Assembly: GCF_000018465.1 (NCBI RefSeq)
Contig: NC_010085.1
Coordinates: forward strand, 300,001 to 332,000
Direction: 5' to 3'
Length of the DNA: 32,000 nt
Source: Nitrosopumilus maritimus SCM1
GTDB taxonomy: Archaea; Thermoproteota; Nitrososphaeria; Nitrososphaerales; Nitrosopumilaceae
Shown here: positions 18,160 through 26,057 of the stretch, piece after piece
Numbering within the stretch: position 1 is the first letter of the stretch
Layout of the letters: each line of letters begins with the position of its first letter
Notes under the pieces: generated by a model
What the model was told of the DNA's origin: nothing
The model's database searches: none
The model's input: the letters and a program-made list of their open reading frames with translations, nothing else
Program-made: the position numbers and the translations under genes

Positions 18160-19821
18160 ATGCGATTAATCTTAGGAATCACCCTAGTGTTAACAGCTTT
18201 TACACCACTTGCATTCAATGATGTTTTTGCTGATTCATTTAATGTGAGTTTTAATCAGGATAGTTATCAAACTGGTGACACACTAGTAATTTCTGGTCAA
18301 ATAATTGATTTTGGAATGCCTGTCATTGCTATGAGTATATTTGATCCTGATGAAAAAATCCTCACTGCAAATAGTTTAGAACTTTCTTCTGATGGTAGTT
18401 TCTCAAAAACCATTCCTTTAGAGTCTCCATTTTATGAAATGTCTGGAGATTATCTCATAAAATTAGACTATGGACAAGTCACTGAAGAACATAACTTTGT
18501 AATTGGTGACATTATTTCTGAATCTGAAATTGCTCCTCAGGAGGTTGTTGCACTTGAAATTATGTCTCTCTATACTGAAAAAGAGCATTACTTTGATGGT
18601 GATACAGTCAACATTTTTGGAACTGTGTCATCCATAGATTCTCCTACTATTCTCATAGGAGTTCATGATCCATTTGGAACTCCTGCTGGATTTTATTTTG
18701 GAAATATAAACAATAACTTGGAGTTTTCCACAAACTTTCTAATCAAAGATGGAGTGAATTTTAAAGCTGAAGGAACTTACTCGATTAAAGCTCATTATGC
18801 TGAAACTAGTGTAGAATACTTCTTTGAATATTCTGCAGAATCATCTACAGAAACACAAACAACTGAAGACACAACACAAACAACTGAAGACACAACACAA
18901 ACAACTGAAGACACAACACAAACAACTGAAGACACAACACAAACAACTGAAGACACAACACAAACAACTGAAGACACAACACAAACAACTGAAGACACAA
19001 CACAAACAACTGAAGACACAACACAAACAACTGAAGACAATATACCTAGAGAATCTGTTGAAGAAAAAATAGTTTCACAAAATGAAGCAATAACTGAAAC
19101 AATAAATGAAAAAACAGAAACTGAAACAAAAATTATTACAAAAGAAACTCAAACAAAAAATGATTCTGAAAATATTTTAGAAAATGAAGAACATGATAAT
19201 CTTTCTGTAGAAGATATTGAGCTTGGAAAATTATTAAATCAAATTAATCTCGATTGTGATTCTAGCACTTTTGTTGATACTATTTCTTACTATGATGGTA
19301 TGGGTCCTGCACTTTACAGATTATGTCAATTTGATAGTTCTTTGAATTTTTTTAATGAGTCTTTGACTAGTGATCCTGATAATGTTGAAATTCTTGTCAA
19401 TAAAGGGTCTACACTAGGAAAAATTGGATTTGTTTCTGAAGCAATAGCATATTATGATCATGCTATCTCTCTTGATCCCCAATACCTGCCTGCAAAAAAT
19501 AACAAAGCAAATGCCTTGGCTAATCTTGGAAATCTTGATGATGCCATTTTACTCTACAATGAAATCTTAGAGGAAAATACGAATTACTATACTGCAAGAA
19601 CAAATCTCAATACTGCATTATTACTAAAATCTGAAACTTCTGAAACTTCTGATGTGATAAGTACTGTTAAATCTGAAATTGAAACTTCACCTGAAAATAC
19701 TTCACCTGAAAACATTTTCCCTGAAAAAACAATCTCAACAGAAAACAAAAATGAAACACAATCAAACTTTTTTGAAGAATTAACTCGTGTATTTTCATCT
19801 TTGTTTGGTTTTACTGAGTGA
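18160..19821 (+). CDS. Secreted protein: two N-terminal modules like those of the PEFG proteins, a TTEDTTQ repeat linker, and C-terminal TPR repeats
   Basis: The ORF track starts at GTG 18145. ATG 18160 gives the signal peptide MRLILGITLVLTAFTPLAFNDVFA and sits ~25 nt after the TATA-like attattaaatag. TPR-like helices run from ALYRLCQFDSSLNFFNESL to LNTALLL. Confidence 0.8.
   Translation: MRLILGITLVLTAFTPLAFNDVFADSFNVSFNQDSYQTGDTLVISGQIIDFGMPVIAMSIFDPDEKILTANSLELSSDGSFSKTIPLESPFYEMSGDYLIKLDYGQVTEEHNFVIGDIISESEIAPQEVVALEIMSLYTEKEHYFDGDTVNIFGTVSSIDSPTILIGVHDPFGTPAGFYFGNINNNLEFSTNFLIKDGVNFKAEGTYSIKAHYAETSVEYFFEYSAESSTETQTTEDTTQTTEDTTQTTEDTTQTTEDTTQTTEDTTQTTEDTTQTTEDTTQTTEDTTQTTEDNIPRESVEEKIVSQNEAITETINEKTETETKIITKETQTKNDSENILENEEHDNLSVEDIELGKLLNQINLDCDSSTFVDTISYYDGMGPALYRLCQFDSSLNFFNESLTSDPDNVEILVNKGSTLGKIGFVSEAIAYYDHAISLDPQYLPAKNNKANALANLGNLDDAILLYNEILEENTNYYTARTNLNTALLLKSETSETSDVISTVKSEIETSPENTSPENIFPEKTISTENKNETQSNFFEELTRVFSSLFGFTE
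18853..19038. repeat. Perfect 21-bp tandem repeat, ~9 copies (acaacacaaacaactgaagac), in-frame coding for TTEDTTQ
   Basis: aactgaagac recurs at 18861, 18882, ... 19029 with an exact 21-nt period. No substitutions were seen. Confidence 0.95.
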
Positions 19822-19895
19822 TCTTTGTTTTTTGCGTGCGTAATTTTTCCATAAACCTATAAAGCCCTGTTGAGACGATGCTCATAAGGAAAAAC

Positions 19896-20219
19896 ATGAG
19901 TAAGATACTTGAAAAATCTTTGAAGGATGCCCATAAAGAAGGTAAATTAACAATGGGTACTAAACAAGTCTTGAACTCTGTAAAAAATTCCAAGCTAATT
20001 GTATTGTCTCAATCTGTAGAGAAAGAAATGATTGAGCAAATTGAAACAGATGCAAAAAAAGAAAAAATACCTTTAGTGAACTTCCAAGGAACTTCAGTCG
20101 CATTGGGTAGATTGTGTGGCTTACAATTTAGAATTTCAACAATTTCATTCACATCAATTGATGACGCAAACATCAAATCAATTTTAAAAGATACAGAAGC
20201 TGAGGAAAAAAATGATTAG
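19896..20219 (+). CDS. rpl30e: Ribosomal protein eL30 (L7Ae/L30e family)
   Basis: MSKILEKSLKDAHKEGKLTMGTKQVLNSVKNSKLIVLS..., in the conserved position before nusA-rps12-rps7. The TATA-like cctataaag at 19856-19864 favours ATG 19896 over the track's 19878. Confidence 0.8.
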   Translation: MSKILEKSLKDAHKEGKLTMGTKQVLNSVKNSKLIVLSQSVEKEMIEQIETDAKKEKIPLVNFQGTSVALGRLCGLQFRISTISFTSIDDANIKSILKDTEAEEKND

Positions 20220-20270
20220 AACTATTGAAAGTTTAAATGAGACATTTTTTGTTTGGAGACATTAAGAATT

Positions 20271-20735
20271 ATGACACAATCAATCAAACTAACAACGGAT
20301 CAAATGAGAATGATGTCTTTGTTCCAAAATGTTACTGGTGCAACAGCACGTGATTGCGTTGAAGATGAAAAACAAGATAGAGTAATTTTTGTAGTAAATA
20401 CCGGAAAAATGGGACTTGCAATTGGCAAGGGTGGAATGCATATCAAATCATTACAAAACATTGTAAAAAGAAATGTTGAACTAGTCGAATTTGATGAAGA
20501 TCCTGCAAAATTTTTGTCCAATTTGCTTAATTCCAAACTAGTATCTGAAGTAAAAATAAATACACGGGCAGACGGGACAAAACAGGCAATTGTTATGGTA
20601 GACCCAAGAAAGAAAGGTATTGTTGTTGGAAGAGAAGGCAGAAATGCTGAGAAGGCAAGAATGCTTGCAAAACGATATTTTGATATTACTAGTGTCTTGA
20701 TTAACAGTCCTGAAAGACAAACTTTGGAGATGTAG
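20271..20735 (+). CDS. nusA: Archaeal NusA-like transcription factor (two KH domains)
   Basis: Two KH GxxG motifs (AIGKGGMHIKSL and VVGREGRNAEKA). Conserved position before rps12. ATG 20271 is preferred over the track's TTG 20253. Confidence 0.85.
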   Translation: MTQSIKLTTDQMRMMSLFQNVTGATARDCVEDEKQDRVIFVVNTGKMGLAIGKGGMHIKSLQNIVKRNVELVEFDEDPAKFLSNLLNSKLVSEVKINTRADGTKQAIVMVDPRKKGIVVGREGRNAEKARMLAKRYFDITSVLINSPERQTLEM

Positions 20736-20738
20736 AAT

Positions 20739-21176
20739 ATGAGAAAATCACCACTTGGATTATTTGCAGGCAGAGTTCTAACTACTAAAAAGAAAAGACA
20801 GAGATGGGCAATCTCTACTTACAAGAGAAGAGAATTAGGTATTGATAAAAAAGCAGACCCTCTTGGTGGTGCTCCACAAGCAAGAGGCATCGTTTTAGAA
20901 AAAGTTGGTGTTGCAGCAAAACAGCCAAACTCTGCAATTAGAAAATGTGTTCGAGTACAATTAATTAAAAATGGTAAAACAGTTACAGCCTTCTTGCCAA
21001 GAGACGGTGCAATGAACTTTATTGATGAACACGATGAAGTTCACATTCAAGGAATGGGTGCAACTCAAGGTGGTGCAATGGGTGATATTCCTGGTGTTAG
21101 ATTCAAAGTATTCAAAGTAAATGGTACTTCACTTCATGAATTAGTAATCGGAAAGAAGGAGAAACCAAGGAGATAG
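20739..21176 (+). CDS. rps12: Ribosomal protein uS12
   Basis: 145 aa. [20 protein letters not shown] is the uS12 hallmark. Confidence 0.95.
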   Translation: MRKSPLGLFAGRVLTTKKKRQRWAISTYKRRELGIDKKADPLGGAPQARGIVLEKVGVAAKQPNSAIRKCVRVQLIKNGKTVTAFLPRDGAMNFIDEHDEVHIQGMGATQGGAMGDIPGVRFKVFKVNGTSLHELVIGKKEKPRR

Positions 21177-21178
21177 AA

Positions 21179-21778
21179 ATGGCACAAACAAAAAACTTGT
21201 TACTATTTAGAAAATGGGATTTGTCTGACATCGAAGTCAAGGACCCAGGTCTTAAAACTGCAATTTCCCTAAGAAAACAAATCCTACCATACACTTTTGG
21301 TCGTTCTGCACTCAAAAGATTCAACAAGGCAGATGTCAACATTGTTGAGAGATTAATCAACAAGACAATGCACTTTGGTAAAAAATATGCAAAGAACACT
21401 GGTAGAATGACTGGAAAGAAAACCAAAGTTCTCAACACAGTTAGAACAGCATTTACAATTATTGAACTCAAAACTGGTAAAAATCCCGTAGAAGTATTAG
21501 TTAGAGCAGTTGAAAATTCAGCTCCTAATGAAGATACAACTAGAATTGTTTATGGTGGTACTGTTTACCACGTATCAGTTGATGTTGCACCAATTAGAAG
21601 AGTTGACTTGGCTTTGAGATTCATTGCTGATGCAATCAAAGAATCAACATTCTCCAATCCAAAACCAATTGAAGAACACATGGCAGAACAACTAATCTTG
21701 GCTGCAGAAAACGATCCTAATGCTCCTTCTGTAAAGAAGAAGAATGAATTAGAAAGAATCGCACAAGCATCAAGATAG
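21179..21778 (+). CDS. rps7: Ribosomal protein uS7
   Basis: 199 aa. Follows rps12 by 2 nt. uS7-like central region (NKTMHFGKKYAKNTGRMTGKK...VENSAPNEDTTRI). Confidence 0.9.
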   Translation: MAQTKNLLLFRKWDLSDIEVKDPGLKTAISLRKQILPYTFGRSALKRFNKADVNIVERLINKTMHFGKKYAKNTGRMTGKKTKVLNTVRTAFTIIELKTGKNPVEVLVRAVENSAPNEDTTRIVYGGTVYHVSVDVAPIRRVDLALRFIADAIKESTFSNPKPIEEHMAEQLILAAENDPNAPSVKKKNELERIAQASR

Positions 21779-21799
21779 AATTTTTAAAAATTATTCCAG

Positions 21800-21890
21800 T
21801 AGCCCGAGGCAGATTCGAACTGCCGTCTCCGCCTATATCCACTTTGTGAGATCCAGAGGGCAGAATCCTTGACCGCTAGACTATCGGGCT
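21800..21890 (-). tRNA. tRNA-Gln (anticodon CUG) with an 18-nt intron after position 37
   Basis: Hand-folded on the minus strand: AGCCCGA-TA-GTCT-AGCGGTCAA-GGAT-T-CTGCC-CTCTGG[ATCTCACAAAGTGGATAT]A-GGCGG-AGAC-GGCAG-TTCGAAT-CTGCC-TCGGGCT-A. It has A1-U72 with an A73 discriminator, as in archaeal tRNA-Gln, and no encoded CCA. TATA-like gattatatt lies ~26 nt upstream. Confidence 0.8.
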
Positions 21891-21936
21891 ACTTGAAAGA
21901 AATTTTGAATGTTCAGAATATAATCATTTGTTGTAA

Positions 21937-22266
21937 TTACTTTAGTCTAACTTCTCTAATTGCAGTTGCATAATCACATCTTGCTCTTAATCTCATATAT
22001 GGAATTAATTTGTAGTGGATAGAGTATATTGTTCCTTCTTTGAGTATGATTCCTTTTTGTTGTAATGATGCTAATCCTCGTGATGGAACATTGATTGATA
22101 GATTGTGTTGTTGACAAATTTTATCACGTCTGTCCTGGAATTGTTTTAGAGTAAACACAACATCGTTTAATTCTAAAATTAAAGGCCAAATTATTTCTGA
22201 CCAAACAAATCTTCTGTTTTCTGTAGCTGAAGCATATTTGCCTTTTTCACTCAACATTAATAACAT
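21937..22266 (-). CDS. Small hypothetical protein, possibly a winged-helix DNA-binding protein
   Basis: About 105-111 aa. The track start is TTG 22272, with in-frame ATGs at 22266 and 22257. The segment NVPSRGLASLQQKGIILKEGTIYSIHYKL looks like a recognition helix plus wing. Function is a guess. Confidence 0.4.
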   Translation of the reverse strand: MLLMLSEKGKYASATENRRFVWSEIIWPLILELNDVVFTLKQFQDRRDKICQQHNLSINVPSRGLASLQQKGIILKEGTIYSIHYKLIPYMRLRARCDYATAIREVRLK

Positions 22267-22993
22267 CTGCAAAAGATGTTATAACTTATTGTCCCAAAAA
22301 GAGATTGAGGAATCATTAGATTTACTGCAAAAAGATTGGGATGTTGATCCAACACTTCGAAATTTTATGCTAGGGAAAATTACCGATGTTTCTGATAGAC
22401 CAATTAAAGTAAAAGATGTTGTATTTCATGTACCTTATCTAAATTCTGAAAAAAAATTCATTTTGTGGAAGTGTTTTTGGCCTGATTGCCATAATTGTTG
22501 TGATAGACAAGGAAGATTGCCACTGACTTCTGATGATTTGATTACAATTGGCAAGGGTTTGAAATACCAAAAACCTTCAGAGTTTATTAAAAATGAAACT
22601 TTGACTGTCACTTATTCTGAGCCAGGACCTTCTGGGCAGATGACTACAATGACTACAATAAATCTCAAAAGAAAAACAGATGAAACTGAAGCAGATGATG
22701 GTACCCACATTTCTTGTAGGTTCTTGAATGATGAAGGTGGATGTTCTATGCATCCAGACCGACCTGGTGTGTGTTACCTGTATCCATTTTCCAGCTGGCT
22801 TGAAAATGAGAAAGGAAAACCACGTGTTCATGCAACATATCAATTCACAGGAGACTGTCCTGGATTTTATTTGGCAGAAGACTTGGAACCAATGAAAGAA
22901 GAGTTCAAAGAATACTCGAAGATAATCTATGATTACAATATGGCATCAAATAGAACAAACAGAGAGGGTTTTGGTTCTGTAAGTTTTAGTTGA
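22238..22993 (+). CDS. YkgJ/UPF0153-type Cys-rich putative Fe-S/zinc protein
   Basis: Motifs WKCFWPDCHNCC and CRFLNDEGGCSMHPDRPGVCYLYPF. The start is ambiguous: TTG 22238 overlaps the divergent ORF, with alternatives TTG 22289 and ATG 22367. Confidence 0.65.
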   Translation: MPFSLNINNICKRCYNLLSQKEIEESLDLLQKDWDVDPTLRNFMLGKITDVSDRPIKVKDVVFHVPYLNSEKKFILWKCFWPDCHNCCDRQGRLPLTSDDLITIGKGLKYQKPSEFIKNETLTVTYSEPGPSGQMTTMTTINLKRKTDETEADDGTHISCRFLNDEGGCSMHPDRPGVCYLYPFSSWLENEKGKPRVHATYQFTGDCPGFYLAEDLEPMKEEFKEYSKIIYDYNMASNRTNREGFGSVSFS

Positions 22994-22994
22994 A

Positions 22995-23444
22995 ATGACA
23001 AACGTGACGATTAGAGAAGCAACAGATAAAGACATTCCAATAATTCTTGGATTGTTATATGAACTTGGACGTCCAAAACCCCAACAAGATTCTGATGTTG
23101 ATTCATTTAGAAAACTTGTAAAGACCTACATTCAAGAATCTGACAAAAAACTTCTTGTTGCAATTCTTGATGATATGAAAATTGTTGGTATGATTAGTAT
23201 GATGCTCTTGCCAAGACTTAATCGTGATACCTTGGAAATGTATGTTCCAGAACTAATTGTTCTTGAAAAATATCAAGGTAAGGGAATAGGGAAAAAACTG
23301 ATCAATTCCTGCATTACTTTTGCTATTGAGAAAAAATGTCATAGAATTAGACTAGAATCTGGAAATCAACGTAAAGAATCTCACAAATTCTACAAACATC
23401 TAGGATTTGAACAATCTTCGCTTTCTTTTACCAAGAATCTCTAA
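22995..23444 (+). CDS. GNAT family N-acetyltransferase
   Basis: 149 aa. Acetyl-CoA motif A is LEKYQGKGIGKKLINSCITFA. The gene starts 1 nt after the upstream stop. Confidence 0.85.
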   Translation: MTNVTIREATDKDIPIILGLLYELGRPKPQQDSDVDSFRKLVKTYIQESDKKLLVAILDDMKIVGMISMMLLPRLNRDTLEMYVPELIVLEKYQGKGIGKKLINSCITFAIEKKCHRIRLESGNQRKESHKFYKHLGFEQSSLSFTKNL

Positions 23445-23445
23445 G

Positions 23446-24459
23446 TTATGCTTTAGCTACTTTCATCAAATCGGCAATTTTGATATCCATTCCAAACCTG
23501 TCTTCATTCTTTTTCATGTAACGGAAGATTGCAAGAAAGTCTGGCAATGATTTGAAGAAATTGAAGTCTTTCTTGATTTTAGCTCTAACAAAATTAAAGA
23601 CTTTGGCATATACTTTGTAGTGTTCTTCAACTGCTTTTTCATATGCTTTGAAATCATTCATGTTCTTCAGGAATAATTCAACACATTGCATTGATGGAAT
23701 GATTCCTTCACCTAATAATGCATAGACTGTCCCAATTGATTCTCCAACACCAACAACTTTTCCTGAATAGTATGGTTTGCATCTATCAGGAGTTGCAAGT
23801 CTGATTGGTCTTCCTTTTGTTTTGAGAACTTTGCCACCATGTTTTTTCAAAAAGTCATCAGTTGCTTTGATGTGATTTTTATTGTAATCCCCTGCTCCAA
23901 TATGAGCCCATTTTTCTCCTAGAGGGAAATACCAGAAATATCCTGACATTCCAGGAAATGGTTCAATGTAAAAGTCATCATATGGAACTCCATTTTCATA
24001 TTCTACTTTGTATTCGTATGTTGGCAAAAAGAAATCTTCCTTGAGTTTTGGTAAGTACACTCTATGAAATCCAGTACAATCCACTATCATGTCGTACTCT
24101 TTTTCTAATTCTTCAAGTGATGGTGGTTTACCGTAGATAATTTTTGAATCTTTGATAAAATCTTTGATTAAACCAATCTTGTCATATGTACACAATCCAT
24201 GTAATCCAATGTCAAACTTTACATCATTGTTCATCTTAACATGCATATTTTTTCCATCGTGGATTAGAAAGTCGTTAAAATCTCTGCCAGTTTTTTTGCA
24301 GTATTCAGTAAGTATTGGTTTGATTGTACCCCATGCGCAAATAGAATCATGCCTTTCTTTTGGATTTAGTTCATATCCTGTAACGTCATGTTCTGAGTCT
24401 TTGAGCCTGGCCATTAGATAGGAACCTGCTACACCCATTCCCATTACTGCAATCTTCAA
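23446..24459 (-). CDS. FAD/NAD(P)-binding oxidoreductase (geranylgeranyl-reductase-like family)
   Basis: 337 aa. N-terminal Rossmann KIAVMGMGVAGSYLMARL...YE. A TTG start is needed to keep the beta1 strand. Confidence 0.7.
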   Translation of the reverse strand: MKIAVMGMGVAGSYLMARLKDSEHDVTGYELNPKERHDSICAWGTIKPILTEYCKKTGRDFNDFLIHDGKNMHVKMNNDVKFDIGLHGLCTYDKIGLIKDFIKDSKIIYGKPPSLEELEKEYDMIVDCTGFHRVYLPKLKEDFFLPTYEYKVEYENGVPYDDFYIEPFPGMSGYFWYFPLGEKWAHIGAGDYNKNHIKATDDFLKKHGGKVLKTKGRPIRLATPDRCKPYYSGKVVGVGESIGTVYALLGEGIIPSMQCVELFLKNMNDFKAYEKAVEEHYKVYAKVFNFVRAKIKKDFNFFKSLPDFLAIFRYMKKNEDRFGMDIKIADLMKVAKA

Positions 24460-24546
24460 GATATTTTCTGAATCTCTGGGGTGTAATAAATAGACTATCT
24501 GAATTTGTTCAGGTTATTTGCCACTAGTAGAAATTATCAGTACCTG

Positions 24547-24554
24547 TTAAATAT
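24547..24554 (+). promoter_or_regulatory. Candidate TATA box (ttaaatat) upstream of the triple-hairpin element
   Basis: The predicted start site, ~25 nt downstream, falls ~10-15 nt before the first 43-nt unit. AT-rich background makes this weak. Confidence 0.3.
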
Positions 24555-24589
24555 CAAATTCACATAAACTGATTAAGAAAAGACAAGTC

Positions 24590-24718
24590 TGTCGTCTGAA
24601 AACAATCGTTTCAGACCTTAAGATGAAATCACTGTCATCAGAGGACAACCGTTTCTGATCTTAAGTGATAAGAGATGTCATCAAGACACTTTTGGTCTTG
24701 GTCTTAATCTCGATTGTC
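24590..24718 (+). ncRNA. Candidate structured RNA: three tandem 43-nt hairpin modules (either an independent sRNA or a structured leader)
   Basis: Units start at 24590, 24633 and 24676. Each has an 8-bp stem at unit positions 5-12/20-27, a 7-nt loop, a 5' TGTC and a 3' CTTAAG or CTTAAT. Compensatory substitutions occur between units, and the G.U pairs only work on the plus strand. Confidence 0.45.
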
Positions 24719-24759
24719 TTTTCGTTTAATTTATTTTAGATTAATTTTGAATTGATTCT

Positions 24760-25362
24760 ATGGATGTTTTCGAAGCTGTATCAACAAGACGTGCAATCAA
24801 AAAGTTTGATCCAAATCACAAGATGAGTTCTGATGACGTAAAGAAACTCATGGAGCATGTTATACTGTCTCCAACTAGCTACAACCAACAAAACTGGAGA
24901 TTTGTTTATGTTACTGATCAAGACGTCAAAGAGAAAATATCAGAAGCTGCTCGTGGACAAGCACAACCAAAAGACGGTTCTTTGGTTATTGTATTGTGTG
25001 GTGATATGACCGCATGGAAGACTGAACCATTACGTTATTGGAAGAATCATCCAACTGAAAAACAAGAACTAGTAAAAGCTAGTCTTGAAAGAAAATACTC
25101 TACTGACACTCAAGCTCAAAGAGATGAAGCAATTCGTTCATGTGGAATGGCAGCTCAAACTATAATGTTATCTGCTAGAGATATGGGACTTGATTCTTGC
25201 CCAATGGTTGGTTTTGAGTATGATGAACTTGCTAAAGTAATCAATCTGCCAGAAAATCACTTGATTGTAATGATGGTTGTAGTTGGAAAAAGATCTGAAG
25301 ATGCAGCGCAACGTGGAGGCCAGCTACCTTTGAACGAGATTGCATTTGAAAATTCTTTCTAA
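24760..25362 (+). CDS. Nitroreductase family NAD(P)H-flavin oxidoreductase
   Basis: 200 aa. The N-terminus FEAVSTRRAIKKFDP...LSPTSYNQQNWRFVYV is typical of the nitroreductase fold. Confidence 0.85.
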   Translation: MDVFEAVSTRRAIKKFDPNHKMSSDDVKKLMEHVILSPTSYNQQNWRFVYVTDQDVKEKISEAARGQAQPKDGSLVIVLCGDMTAWKTEPLRYWKNHPTEKQELVKASLERKYSTDTQAQRDEAIRSCGMAAQTIMLSARDMGLDSCPMVGFEYDELAKVINLPENHLIVMMVVVGKRSEDAAQRGGQLPLNEIAFENSF

Positions 25363-25542
25363 ATCATCATAATTGAAAAATTCACAAATAATACAATGAA
25401 CCCTAAACCCTAAATTCTGTTAGGATGTAAATTAGTCATTGAGTTATAGAACTGCAGTTTTTTCTAAAAAGGAACTTGGAATTATTATTGGTATTTCCAG
25501 TGTTGTTTCCATAGCATTGTATGTGGCCTATATTTCAGGACG

Positions 25543-25788
25543 ATGAGACCAATAATCCCGTTATCTATTGTAATTGTCGTTGCAGCTATTGTTGGAATTC
25601 TAGGCAGCTCAAACTATGATGTGTATGTTGCAGAACGTGATCAGAGAAATCTTCAACTCGCAGTAGATGATTGCAAGAAATTATTCCCACAGGGAATAAA
25701 TCAGGAAGAATGTATTACAAAATCCCTTGATGTATTTGGAACTGAATATCAAAAGGAGCAATGGAGTCAAAGAGACATTTATCCATAA
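25543..25788 (+). CDS. Small membrane-anchored protein, unknown function
   Basis: 81 aa. N-terminal TM helix IIPLSIVIVVAAIVGILG followed by a soluble part with two Cys. Confidence 0.55.
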   Translation: MRPIIPLSIVIVVAAIVGILGSSNYDVYVAERDQRNLQLAVDDCKKLFPQGINQEECITKSLDVFGTEYQKEQWSQRDIYP

Positions 25789-25823
25789 ACTCTTAATTTG
25801 ATAATTGATTCACTTTTTGTAAC

Positions 25824-26018
25824 TTGTCTTTTGAAAAGGATGTAACGGCGCTAAGAGAAGCTCTGAATGACACTGATTCTAGAATCAAGAAACTTGAGGA
25901 ACATAAAGAATCTGAGAGTAAAAAACCAGACTCTGATTCTGAAACATTATGTAGACTGGAGAAAAACTTGGATAATCTGCACAAAAAGCGTGCCCTCATC
26001 TTATCTGAACTAGATTGA
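25824..26018 (+). CDS. Small coiled-coil protein, unknown function
   Basis: 64 aa, TTG start. Charged heptad-like sequence (ALREALNDTDSRIKKLEEHKE...LEKNLDNLHKKRALILSELD). Preferred over the Ser-rich antisense ORF 25793..25999. Confidence 0.35.
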   Translation: MSFEKDVTALREALNDTDSRIKKLEEHKESESKKPDSDSETLCRLEKNLDNLHKKRALILSELD

Positions 26019-26057
26019 ATCCAATACGCTTAATTTGAGAAATATTTTACCCGAAAC

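Noticed and set aside
18853-19038. Possible CRISPR arrays at 18853-19038 and 27826-27987
   Set aside because: The units are contiguous with no spacers. The periods of 21 and 18 nt are multiples of three and in-frame within long ORFs. No cas genes or leader are present.
18795-19072. Alternative-frame and antisense ORFs inside the 21-bp repeat (SSVVCVV..., KQLKTQH..., CCVFSCL... and similar), and the equivalent set in the 18-bp repeat (27712..28131, 27799..27999, 27821..28054)
   Set aside because: A perfect tandem repeat is open in every frame. Only the frame that is continuous with a signal peptide and flanking domains is credible.
24590-24718. C/D-box sRNA interpretation of the hairpin region (AGATGA at 24621, CTGA at 24595 and 24654, TGATAA at 24665)
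   Set aside because: The box sequences are imperfect. The C-to-D' spacing is ~27 nt rather than ~12 nt. No terminal kink-turn arrangement exists. The covarying hairpins explain the conservation better.
21779-25400. Integrated mobile element or genomic island at the tRNA-Gln gene
   Set aside because: No integrase, transposase or viral genes follow the tRNA. I could not find a direct repeat of the tRNA 3' half elsewhere in the window.
25439-25546. 35-codon TTG-initiated micro-ORF (MSYRTAVFSKKELGIIIGISSVVSIALYVAYISGR) whose stop overlaps the ATG of 25543..25788 (ATGA)
   Set aside because: The TM-like segment and ATGA coupling are suggestive. However, the ORF is very short, has a TTG start and no recognisable motif, so sequence alone is insufficient evidence.
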